Source of the DNA: Octopus sinensis | Taxonomy: Eukaryota | Direction: 5' to 3' | Length of the DNA stretch: 64,000 nt | Assembly (NCBI RefSeq): GCF_006345805.1 | Contig: NC_042997.1 | Coordinates: 102,796,001 to 102,860,000, forward strand | Shown here: positions 53,393 through 64,000 of the stretch, in pieces | How the letters are laid out: each line of letters begins with the position of its first letter | How positions within the stretch are numbered: position 1 is the stretch's first letter | Notes under the pieces: generated by a model | Told to the model about the DNA's origin: nothing | Database searches by the model: none | What the model saw: only the letters and a program-made list of their open reading frames with translations | Made by a program: the position numbers and the translations under genes

Positions 53393-53689
53393 TATAATTA
53401 TTGATTTCTAGCCTGCTGGCCTGATGGACGTCAACGTCTGAAAAGATGCTGATATTCTTTATATCGTGGCAGCGAGATTTGGGTGGCATACAGTAGCCAG
53501 TGTGTCCTACTGCTGAGATCCAGTCGACTGAAATCACGTGATATGAGAATTCTGGCATGCATGAATTTCGTCTGATACAACCTATGTGTATGCTTTTATG
53601 CACAAAGCACCTATATGAGAGGATCTCACAAGGCTAATAATACAGTATCCGGTGTTCTAACAAGGCAAGTTTGGTATATATAAATAGGA

Positions 53690-54210
53690 GGAGGAGGAGA
53701 CCTCCTTCGGTCATGAATGACCATTGGATAGCACCTAGAAAGTTACCCTCCGAGGCACAAGTCAGGGCAAGATTGTTTGTGGAAGGCTAGCAGTCGCCCA
53801 AGCATACCAGCCTCCCCTCTCCACACCACTGATGTTATCCAAGGGAAAGACCAAGGCCGATACAGCTTGGCACCAGTGATGTCGCAACTCATTTCTACAG
53901 CTGAGTTAACTGGAGGAGCGTGAAATAAAGTGTCTTGCTCAAGAACACAACACGCAGCCCAGTCCGGGTATCGAACTTACAACCTCACGATCGTAAGCTC
54001 TACGCTCTAACCACTGAGCCATGCGCCTTCACAAAAATAAATGCGCCCTTTTAAAGCCTAGCCAGGCTCATGGACCCGGTTTCCTGGTTTCAATGGCGTA
54101 TGTGTTCTCCTGCTAGACGGGACACAACGCGTCGCCCGGTCCAGGAATCGAAGCCACAATCTTACGATCATGCTGCTGACACCCTAACCACTAAACGACG
54201 CGCCTCCACA
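53690..54210 (-). mobile_element. Two further tRNA-derived SINEs in tandem (53690-54033 and 54040-54210)
   Basis: Minus-strand heads ggcgcatggctcagtggttagagc...gttcgatac and ggaggcgcgtcgtttagtggttaggg...ttcgattcc. Confidence 0.65.
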
Positions 54211-54316
54211 TAGATATATGTCACAGTATTAAACTAATGAAATATTTCTAAAAACTTGTTACTCGTGTTTATTCTTTTGCTGTTCACTGACGTCCTTACA
54301 CACACATACGCGCACG

Positions 54317-54385
<69 letters not shown>

Positions 54386-55139
54386 AGACAGACAGACGCA
54401 CACGTGCGCACGCGCGCACAGTATGTAGATAGGGTTGTAATCAAAGTTGCATCTTCATGAAGCATATTTCAGTACTCCAAAATTGTATATAGACGGTATA
54501 ATTGTAAGACACGCAAAATGTTGAAAAATAATCGAAAGCATTCTCTACTGTGTGATCACATGTGAAAACGGGAAATTCCGCGCTATTTGATTCTGTCGGA
54601 CGAATTTTAATAGGAGATATCTTTCATGCTTCTCCTACATGCACAACCTTGTAACTCCTGTTAGCAGATGAAACACGTGTAATGGTGAATAAATAATACT
54701 AAATATTTTCCACTCTCCTGCTCTGATACATACACACCCACACATACACGTGCGCGCGCACACACATATATATGTACATAAGAAAAGAAAGGGTGTATTT
54801 CTACACAGGAATAAATATAGGAGAATTTGTTGTTGAAAATGCACTTGAATTTGAAAAACTTGTAATTATTTTAAAATATGTTTATTTACATACATGCCAA
54901 ACTGGTTTCAAGAATTTTTTGTTTATCAATGGTATAAACGTGTGGGATTAAAAAAATTTAAATTGCTGAGTAGAAAACATGTTTAAATGGTTAAATGTTC
55001 ACAAAGTTTAATAATATCAAAAATGATCAGCGAAGAAAATAAGAAACGTGGTTCCCCATAAGTTGGGTCTTAGTTAATAAAGAGTAAAATAAAAACGATT
55101 ACAAGTTTTTCAAATTCAGGACCATTTTCAACAACAAAC

Positions 55140-55400
55140 TACGCTTTATTGGCCAAAAGGTCACAAAAAGCGGAAGGGTAGAGGATCCTATCAGACATGA
55201 ACCGGAGTAAAACACGGCGGTCGGGCGGTAATATATGACAGAGGCAATGTAGACATTCGTTGCCTCTGTACGACTGTTCAAGGATAGCTTCTTGATCACA
55301 ACTCTGATTCTCTCTGATTCTCGAAGCGGGTTGGTCTCCTACATGCTTCACTCAAGCACTCCAGTTTCACTCGCCTTTCCTCCTTCCGCCACTCATTTTA
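55140..55400 (-). pseudogene. Small L1/Tx1-like LINE fragment
   Basis: KKLSLNSRTEATNVYIASVIYYR resembles the post-RT 'LSLxGR' motif of Tx1-like LINEs. Confidence 0.4.
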
Positions 55401-55619
55401 TCTTCTACCTATGGTCAGAACTAATCACTTATGCTCAATTTAACCTCCACGAAATTTCTTGAATTTTCTTCCCTTCCCATCTTTTCTGGAATTCGTTCCC
55501 TGGCATTTATCGCCATACTCTCATGTTTTAGTGGGAGTGAGCATGTAAAGGTCATTAAAACGTTCCCTTTTTCTAAACTCATCAAGAGCTAAAACGTCTT
55601 GGGTAAAATTGTTAGAAAA

Positions 55620-55733
55620 CTGTGGTGTCTGGGGAGAGTCATTTTCTTTTTGCGCCTTATAGTGTAAATTTTACCGGTGAGTGTGTTACAATATAAGGCA
55701 CAAAAAGAAAATGACTCTCCCCAGACACCACAG
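55620..55733. repeat. Hairpin with arms of about 45 bp
   Basis: ctgtggtgtctggggagagtcattttctttttgcgccttata pairs with tataaggcacaaaaagaaaatgactctccccagacaccacag. Confidence 0.9.
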
Positions 55734-56227
55734 AATATGTTTCAACACACGAAATCATATAAAGAATCTTGCAAACCAAATCCCAAAACGAAATGTTAGA
55801 AAACTATTTTAGCGGTTGCTGCATCTATTAAACCTAGCACTTTGGAACAGATTTAAGTCAAATTTTATGTATCAGATTCTTCACCATTTTCGATTTACGC
55901 GGTCTGGGTTATGTTTTAAGAAAATAGCTACTCATACTGTTCATCAATATTATTTCAATGGTAGGAAACCATTATTTTCGATTTGATAGAGTGAATTTCT
56001 GCTGCTGTTTGTATATAGTTATTGAGCCATTATTGCCGAAACCGGTCGTCTCGCTTATGTTTGGGTGCTGAGGCAGTGTATTAGTTTAAGAGGATATAAA
56101 CATGCTGAAAATAGCTTCCAAAGAAAGTGATGTCTCTTAAAAATTCAAGATTTCGAAAATAGGATATGCTCTTGCCGAATAACTCACGTCAAGAAACGAG
56201 CAACAAATATTATTAAAAAGAAAAACA

Positions 56228-56637
56228 CTTATTTCTTTACTACCCACAAGGGGCTAAACACAGAGATGACAGACATACGGATTAAGTCGATCATATCGAC
56301 CCCAGTGCGTAACTGGTACTTATTTAATCGAACCCGGAAGGATGAAAGGCAAAGTCGACCTCGGCGGAATTTGAACTCAGAACGTAGCGGCAGATGAAAT
56401 ACCTATTTCTTTACCACCCACAAGGGGCTAAATACAGAGGGGACAACCAAGGACAGACAAAAGGATTAAGTCGATTATATCGACACCAGTGTGTAACTGG
56501 TACTTAATTTATCGACCCCGAAAGGATGAAAGGCAAAGTCGACCTCGGCGGAATTTGAACTCAGAACGTAACGGCAGACGAAATACCGCTAAACATTTCG
56601 CCCGATGTGCTAACGTTTCTGCCAGCTCGCCGCCTTA
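56228..56637 (-). mobile_element. SINE family B, partial tandem dimer
   Basis: Two near-identical units, 56230-56402 and 56403-56637. The second carries the ggcggcgagctggcagaa head. Confidence 0.8.
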
Positions 56638-57045
56638 TAAAAAGAAAAACACTGCAATATGCTTTCCATTATTGTTGAATATATCTAACAGTTATATGAT
56701 GTATTACGCCTTCTGTATCCTTATGTTTCAATCATCTTTCCACTGAAACCTTGCTACATATAACATGCTCGCGTTGGGGAGGGGAAGCGCAGATCAATGT
56801 CCTCAAACCCGAATCCAAAGGAGAAAGGTCAACAATTCATAACTAACACTCAAGGAAATTCAACAATATAATTGGAAGTTGAAACTGAATCTAAAGAAGC
56901 TGAGCTAACTGGTACTTGTTGTTAGAAGTATTGCATTTTATCACTATCGTGTAGTATCTTCCCTGCTGACCGAGATACTCATATTACAGATTTTTGAGGA
57001 CGAACCGTGAAATTGTTTTCTGTAGGAGAGAGAGAGAGAGAGAGG

Positions 57046-57079
<34 letters not shown>

Positions 57080-57607
57080 GGGAGAGAAAAGAGAGTAGAA
57101 AGAAAGTAAAATAGAAAGGAAGAAGGAAAGAGAGTGAAAGAGAAAGGGAGGAAAAATAACCTAACATTTCTAACTCAAGGAAGCTATTTTGGAAGAATAA
57201 AACAATAAAGAAAAAATTGTTTTAAATGTAAGTAGGCGTGTTCCTCTACCTATTGGTTAACGAATTCGCTTATGACACCTTTTCTATACAGATGTATGTG
57301 TGTATGTATGTATGTATGTATGTATGTATGTATGTATGTATGTATGTATGTATGTATGTATGTATGTATGTATGTATATATATATGTATGTATGTATGTA
57401 TGTGTGTGTGTGTGTGTGTTTGTATGTATGTATGTGTGTATGTATGTATGTTATGTATGTATGTATGTATGTATGTATGTATGTGTGTGTGTGTGTGTGT
57501 TTGTATGTATGTATGTTTGTATGTATGTATGTATGTATTTATGTATGTATGTATGTATGTATGCGTGTATGTACATATATATATATATATTTATATGTTA
57601 ACACCAA

Positions 57608-57651
<44 letters not shown>

Positions 57652-57763
57652 CTTCTACATCCGCAGTTCTCAAGCATAGTCCCTCTGCGGCCCCTGACAA
57701 TCTTCTTTCTATCTCTCTGACGTCTTTTATTTGTTTATACATACATATATGTATGTCTATATA

Positions 57764-57799
<36 letters not shown>

Positions 57800-57835
57800 C
57801 ATACACACACACATATATATATACATATATATATA

Positions 57836-57878
<43 letters not shown>

Positions 57879-58485
57879 ATATATATATATATATCGGGAA
57901 AGAAAGGTGAGTGAGACAGAGACTTAGAGAGAGAGAGAGAGAGAGAGAGAGTGGAAGAGATAGAAGAGAGAGGGAGATAAAAAGAGATGTATAAACAAGT
58001 ATCAGTGCATAAACATCATACACCATAAAAACATATTGTTATGGGACAGTGCTTGCGACCGACTTTTGTGAGTAAATCCTTTGTCCTGTCAGATTCAGGT
58101 GGATTGATGAGTTCTGGGGAGACCTTTGACCCTTTTCAGGCGAAACAAATTTCGAGGAAACACCCCTTAAAAATCAGGAGATGTGAGTCTGTTGGACAGT
58201 TGAGGACAGAGCGAGTTAGTAACAGGTTGTTTCTGCGGTGACAGTGAACGTGAAAGAGGAAGACAAGATTAAGGAGCTGAGAAGGAACTGAGAGAGATTG
58301 CGGCAAGAGGGCATGGCGATTACGGTTGCCGGGTTCGCTGCCGCCTCGCCCCACCGAATTCTCGCGTAGGCTCGAAACGTAAAAGACTTGTTTTATTTAT
58401 ATTCCTGAGCGCCATACTAATACAATTGTTTGTTTGTATTCCACCTGCCTTCGTCTTTTGTTTATTTTCATAAAACTTCCCGTTA

Positions 58486-58544
<59 letters not shown>

Positions 58545-58562
58545 ATATATATATTTTTTTTT

Positions 58563-58694
58563 ATTTATTATATAGAAGGAGCTTCTACAGGACTAGTACT
58601 GTTTCATTCAAGAGAAATCTTCAGGAAGCTTCCTGAAGATTTCTCTTGAATGAAACAGTACTAGTCCTGTAGAAGCTCCTTCTATATAATAAAT
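58563..58694. repeat. Perfect 132 bp zero-loop palindrome
   Basis: 66 + 66 bp, centred on AAG|CTT at 58628/58629. Confidence 0.95.
58627..58677 (+). ncRNA. Type I hammerhead ribozyme candidate (mirror copy on the minus strand, 58580-58630)
   Basis: AGCTTC-CTGAAGA-T-TTC/TCTT/GAA-T-GAA-ACAG-TACTAGTC-CTGT-A^GAAGCT. Helix I has 6 bp, helix III has 4 bp, and the GUA cleavage triplet ends at 58671. Confidence 0.65.
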
Positions 58695-59491
58695 TAATTT
58701 TACTCTGCTATGTATTGAGTACCTTACCTACTGTGGTTAACCCCGGATCAACCCGGGACCTACATATATATATATATATATATATTTACACGAAAATATT
58801 TCATAACATACACAAACACTTGTTGAGTTCTGTTGGCGAAATGTTCCTTCATTAAACTAATTATGGTGAAACCGGTGAAGTACGTACATACCATGATATC
58901 GAGTGTCAGTCGTTCTAACTCATGCTGAGTTAAGCATAAAAAGCATATTGTAGAATCAATGACGAGGAGTCAAAGGGACGATAAGCTTTTCAGCCAATGG
59001 CTAAATATATATATCGGCTGAATACTCTTCCCAGAGTACGCCTCTGGGAAGCGTTAAAAAATATGTGAAAAGCTGTCATAATACTATTCCATTTAACATA
59101 TTCACATCAAAATCACAGAAGAATTTGTTTACATTCTTATTTCACTCAGAGCTAGGCTGCCTTACGCAAACACACAAACATACATACACACATAAGCACA
59201 AATATATAATATACAATGTAGCGTGTAGTTGGCTAGCGGTGTACATTGAAGTAGCACTGAGAGTGCATCATCCAGTTACTAAATTTATTGACGCACCTGC
59301 AACTTGTTTAAAGATATCACTTATTACACAACTGCAGTCCCTATGACAATATTCACTGAAGATAAAACGAATGGAGATTAAAAGATAACAACAGTTTAAT
59401 ACATGCTACATATGTTTCAATAACAGCAAATTATTTGCACCTAATGTATTATATCAATGTTATTATATATGCTAAACTTGCATGTAAAATC

Positions 59492-59584
<93 letters not shown>

Positions 59585-59587
<3 letters not shown>

Positions 59588-60141
59588 GCCCTGATGCAGT
59601 ACCAGGCAGTGGCTCTCATGGCTTCTGATCTTAACTGATTGGAAGTGTTATCATGTACATTGTTTTGTCTTGGTATAAAAGATGAGCTACAGCAAATATT
59701 CTGCTCAATACCACAGATTTGCTTGTCAGTTGTTTGACCTTAACCAGTTGAGCATGTCCCTTAGTGGCTGACGATATGTGCATCTCTGATCACGAGCAGA
59801 AGTAGTGGGGGAGCATCATTGCCCTGTGTTGAGAGGGATTCTTTGGGGTTTGAATAATTCACCTCTGGGAACATGGGTAGTTCTTTCAACATCCTTAAAC
59901 AACCCTTATTCAGGGACCTTTTGAGCGGGATGGGCTACTCAACCTGAAGAAAATTCTAACAGGGCCCCACCTGCAAGGTCATGTGCTGTTTATCTTGATA
60001 TGAGATCACCATGTCGCGCACATATGGTTGTGATCCATGTGCCTGGTGTACTCTTATCAGGCGGGTAGTCATGATGGGTATATTGGGCTTCGTATATTTT
60101 ACCCCAGTGTCACTTTGATGGCATGCACTGCTCTCTCACTC
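59585..60141. mobile_element. (AAT)n-embedded repeat of about 555 bp, copy 2
   Basis: Sits between two long (AAT)n tracts. Homologous to 8925-9430. Confidence 0.8.
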
Positions 60142-60212
<71 letters not shown>

Positions 60213-60369
60213 TGTAATACATTGAGGGGATATAATTTGGCACACTATTGAAACATTTATAGCATGTATTAAAATGCTATTATCTTTTCATCGTAATTAT
60301 TTATTTATATATATATATATGAATATATATATAATTCTATTAGTATGCGTATGTGTGTGTGTGTATATA

Positions 60370-60660
60370 TGTTTGTACCTTCTCGAGCCATGCCTGGCTC
60401 ATAAGGGCCAATTTCTTGGTTTCCTTGGCGTATAGGTTCCCCACCTGGACGGGACGCCGGTCCGTCGCAGGTGAGCTGCAAGATGCAGGAGGAAAGAGTG
60501 AGAGAAAGTTGCGGCGAAAGAATCAGCAGAAGTTCGCCATTACCTTCTGCCGGAGCTGCGTGGAACTTAGGTGTTTCGCTCATAAACACACACATCGCCC
60601 AGTCTGAGATTCGAATCCGCGATCCCTCGACCGCGAATCCGCTACTCCATGTGCCTCCAC
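60370..60660 (-). mobile_element. tRNA-derived SINE with V-domain-like segment
   Basis: Minus-strand head with gattcgaatc, and ctgcgacggaccggcgtcccgtccagg resembling the V-SINE central domain. Confidence 0.55.
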
Positions 60661-60693
60661 GTATATATATATATATATATAATATATATATAG

Positions 60694-60784
<91 letters not shown>

Positions 60785-61676
60785 TGTGTGTGTGTTGTGT
60801 GTGTATATAAGTTTATACACACATACGATTATGTGCGTATGTGCGCGTGTGTATGCGTGCGTGTTTGTAACACGTAGATGTTATAGCGTAGAACACAGTA
60901 ACAAAATTATAATATTATAGATAACTCGAAAAACTAGCAAGCTCTTTTCGAAATCTGGAGTTTAGAAGATATTATTACGCAGACTATAAGTATCTGCGCT
61001 GAAATACATTATTAAAATCATAATTACTATTAGAAATATAAATATCAGATTACTAGATCATAAATTAATGCACACTTCAACTTCCTCGTACTACATAAGC
61101 ATAATGGCATAGGGGACGACGGTGAAGAATTTATTTTCTTGTTAAATTGTATTATTAGACTGTTCATTTTCTATAATCCTGCTGCTATTCTATTACTCTG
61201 CTATGGAATGAAATCAAATATTATTCATAAGACATCTAACTGAAAAGCTAAGGAACCAAAGTGAGGATGAAACTCGTCTTCTAGGCTGTAGTATTCGGCT
61301 CAGAATTTCTGGAACCACCGTTGCTACTGACTTACGCTTATTGTACGATCCCCAAATACAGCATTAATATTCCTCACACTTTTTGTCGAATTGTTGCCTT
61401 TATTGAACTCATAAAGCAAAATATGCCGAATATGCTCCTTTGTGACTTCCGTTATAGCGTTGAAGAAATAGCTTAAGATCGAACTGCACTCTTCACAACT
61501 TGCACTAAGAATAAGACAAAGGTAAAAGTACTACCTGTTTTTATAGTAAGTTGATGCAGATAGTTTATCCCCTTCCACTCCGACTTTTAGTTCACGCAAT
61601 TGAAAAAAAGACCACATTATTTACGGGTTGGCCCAACACATACATAACTCAATGCTCGGATACGAGCTGGAGCCGA

Positions 61677-61752
<76 letters not shown>

Positions 61753-61817
61753 GTAGAGGTTGTGAATCCAACCAACTAAGGAATAATATATATCGATAGA
61801 ATACCTAATTATTAATT

Positions 61818-61908
<91 letters not shown>

Positions 61909-61994
61909 CTTTTATTTATTTCAGTCATTTGACTGCAGCCATGCTGGAGCACCGCTTTTAGTCGAGCAAATAGACCCCAGAGCTATATATATAT

Positions 61995-62835
61995 CTGAGT
62001 ATTACCATTTGGTTGGTAACTGATGAAGAATTAGGAACCTTCTGTGTCTGTCCCCCCATCCGGTTGTTACACTCAGTATACATTATGTCGTTAGTTTATA
62101 TACCAAGCATTATTTCATTTTTTGTCATTTATTAAGTAACGGAATGCTACGCACCTCGACTTGTATTAACAGTAAGTTTTTTTTATATATTTGTGCGACT
62201 CTTATTTCTTGCTTTCACTCTCTCTCCTTTTCTCTATCTCTCGCCCTCTTACTTCTATTTCTAGCCTTTCCACTTTATCTTTTTTTCTCTCCCACCCCTT
62301 TTGTTTTCCTAGCCTTTCTCCTCTTTCCTTTTTCACCCTTCATCGCTTCCCTTGTTTTCTCTCTGTCACTCTCTCTTGCCCTCCTTTCCTTTTACCTGCT
62401 GCTGTCACGTGACTCGTGGCCAACTTTCCTTGGTCAAATTCTCTGTGTCTCACTGTTGTCTATCCTTTAGGATGTCTGCTAAGCGTTACCCACCATTCTT
62501 GCCTTTTTGGCCCGGAGGCTGTATTTTGCTTGTTTCTTATTTATTTCATCTTTGCCCATCGTCTTAAATCACAATTATTCACTTTCGTATGTCAACTCTG
62601 TATTATTTTGTTTTGTCTTGTTTGCCCTCGGCTCTATATTCTCGGCAACTTTCGCGGGCACCGCCAGCATGGGAAATTCTCAGTCTTATCATTAATGGTG
62701 CAAAATTGAGTATTACTATTTGTTTGATAACTGATGAAGAATTGAGGACCTTCTGTTGTCTGTCTCCCGTCCGGTTGTACACTCAATATATGTTATATCG
62801 TTTGTTTATTTACCATGCATCTCTTCATTTTTTCA
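61995..62835 (+). mobile_element. (TA)n-flanked element with diverged direct terminal repeats of about 130 bp
   Basis: tgagtattac.attt...actgatgaagaatt...ccggttgt..actca.tata recurs at 61996-62125 and 62707-62835. Confidence 0.7.
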
Positions 62836-62844
62836 TATATATAT

Positions 62845-62878
<34 letters not shown>

Positions 62879-62904
62879 ATATATATATTATATATATATA
62901 TATA

Positions 62905-63200
62905 TATTATATAAAATCCGTTCTGTCTGTGTGTCTTCTAGGGTCTGTCTGTGTGTCTTCACCCGATTGCGCTCAAATTTGATACCGACGGTATCAGGGC
63001 GTGTATAAGTCTTGAAAAAAATTACAAAAATCGATTCCAGGTGAGAATGCGATCGATAAAGCCGTGGGAACGTGCATTTGTAAAATCATTTTTTTGGGGA
63101 ATAGAAAAAAGTCTATCTTTATTTCTTTTTTTGCTGGTGTCTCAAATTTATGTTAAATCAATGTTTCTCAAAGGAGAGGCCTAAGGGACGGTCGGACAAG
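62905..63200 (+). mobile_element. Possible Helitron-like 5' fragment
   Basis: tatataaaatcc...tgtctgtgtgtc...ccgattgcgctcaaatttg resembles non-autonomous Helitron starts. No 3' CTAG end was found. Confidence 0.35.
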
Positions 63201-63273
63201 TTGTTTTGAGAAAATTTGATTTAAATATTTGACAACTCAGCACCGTCCATTGGACGGGGGTGGGGGGGCGTTT

Positions 63274-63325
<52 letters not shown>

Positions 63326-63486
63326 GGTAAGAAATTTGAAAAGGTGAACGCGAAACCGGTCATTTCTTCTATACTATGTCATTGTATGAAAAAAATTTAT
63401 AACATTCTTCAGACATATTGACTCAAATATTTATTTTTTAACCTTTTAAAACAAGCCTTCTGTAGTTTTTTCACTTTTTACTATTT

Positions 63487-63524
<38 letters not shown>

Positions 63525-64000
63525 CACATTTTTTATCGCCTACTAATCATGAGTGCGTGCGCACACATACATACACACATGTAGACACACCTGTTTTTTC
63601 TAATGCACTTATAGAGCAAACTACCACACAAACACTCGTCCACGCACATACACTCCCTTTCTCACCTTCAACCCTATATCACGTACATTCCCATTTCTAT
63701 CCATACAACTATATAGATATAGAACTTAAAACTGAGAGACAGACAAACTCAAAATTGAGCTGGAGTAGAGAAGGTATGTCAATGGACAGGTCACAAATCG
63801 GGACGAAAGGACATCGACAAGTATAACTGATTGATTGATAAACCGAATCATTGAATAAGCAACCGACTAGTTAGTTGGTTAAATAGTTAACCAATTAACT
63901 ATTTAACTATTTAACTATACACACATACAAACACACAAACACACACGCACACATAAACACACACACACACACAAAGTTGCGCGTACGTACATGCAGACAC

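Noticed and set aside
58040-58360. GC-richer stretch as a Penelope ORF fragment or exon
   Set aside because: No convincing motif by eye. A tBLASTx or HMM search would be needed.

Overview
AT-rich, microsatellite-dense animal DNA. The SINE and LINE repertoire suggests a cephalopod, probably Octopus (inference). The only host gene is the 3' end of RNF25: two phase-0 coding exons at 2714-2923 and 4693-5841. The rest is mobile DNA. It includes one near-intact 5.7 kb APE/RT LINE (30897-36586) whose ORF1 has a trihelix Myb/SANT-like domain plus a CCCH finger and whose ORF2 has one frameshift. There are also decayed CR1-like, RTE and L1/Tx1 LINEs, many tRNA-derived SINEs, Tc1/mariner, hAT and Helitron-like pieces, and several MITE-like foldbacks. 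The most striking unexplained structure is a set of short fold-back elements, mostly in or beside (TA)n tracts, several carrying hammerhead ribozyme cores. These include a zero-loop 132 bp palindrome with a type I hammerhead fold on both strands (58563-58694) and a tRNA-headed element with a hammerhead and an inverted tail (11863-12135). They resemble Penelope-like or retrozyme derivatives. Short locally templated duplications also recur. Repeat boundaries were read by eye and are approximate. Most ORFs in the supplied track are microsatellite artefacts.
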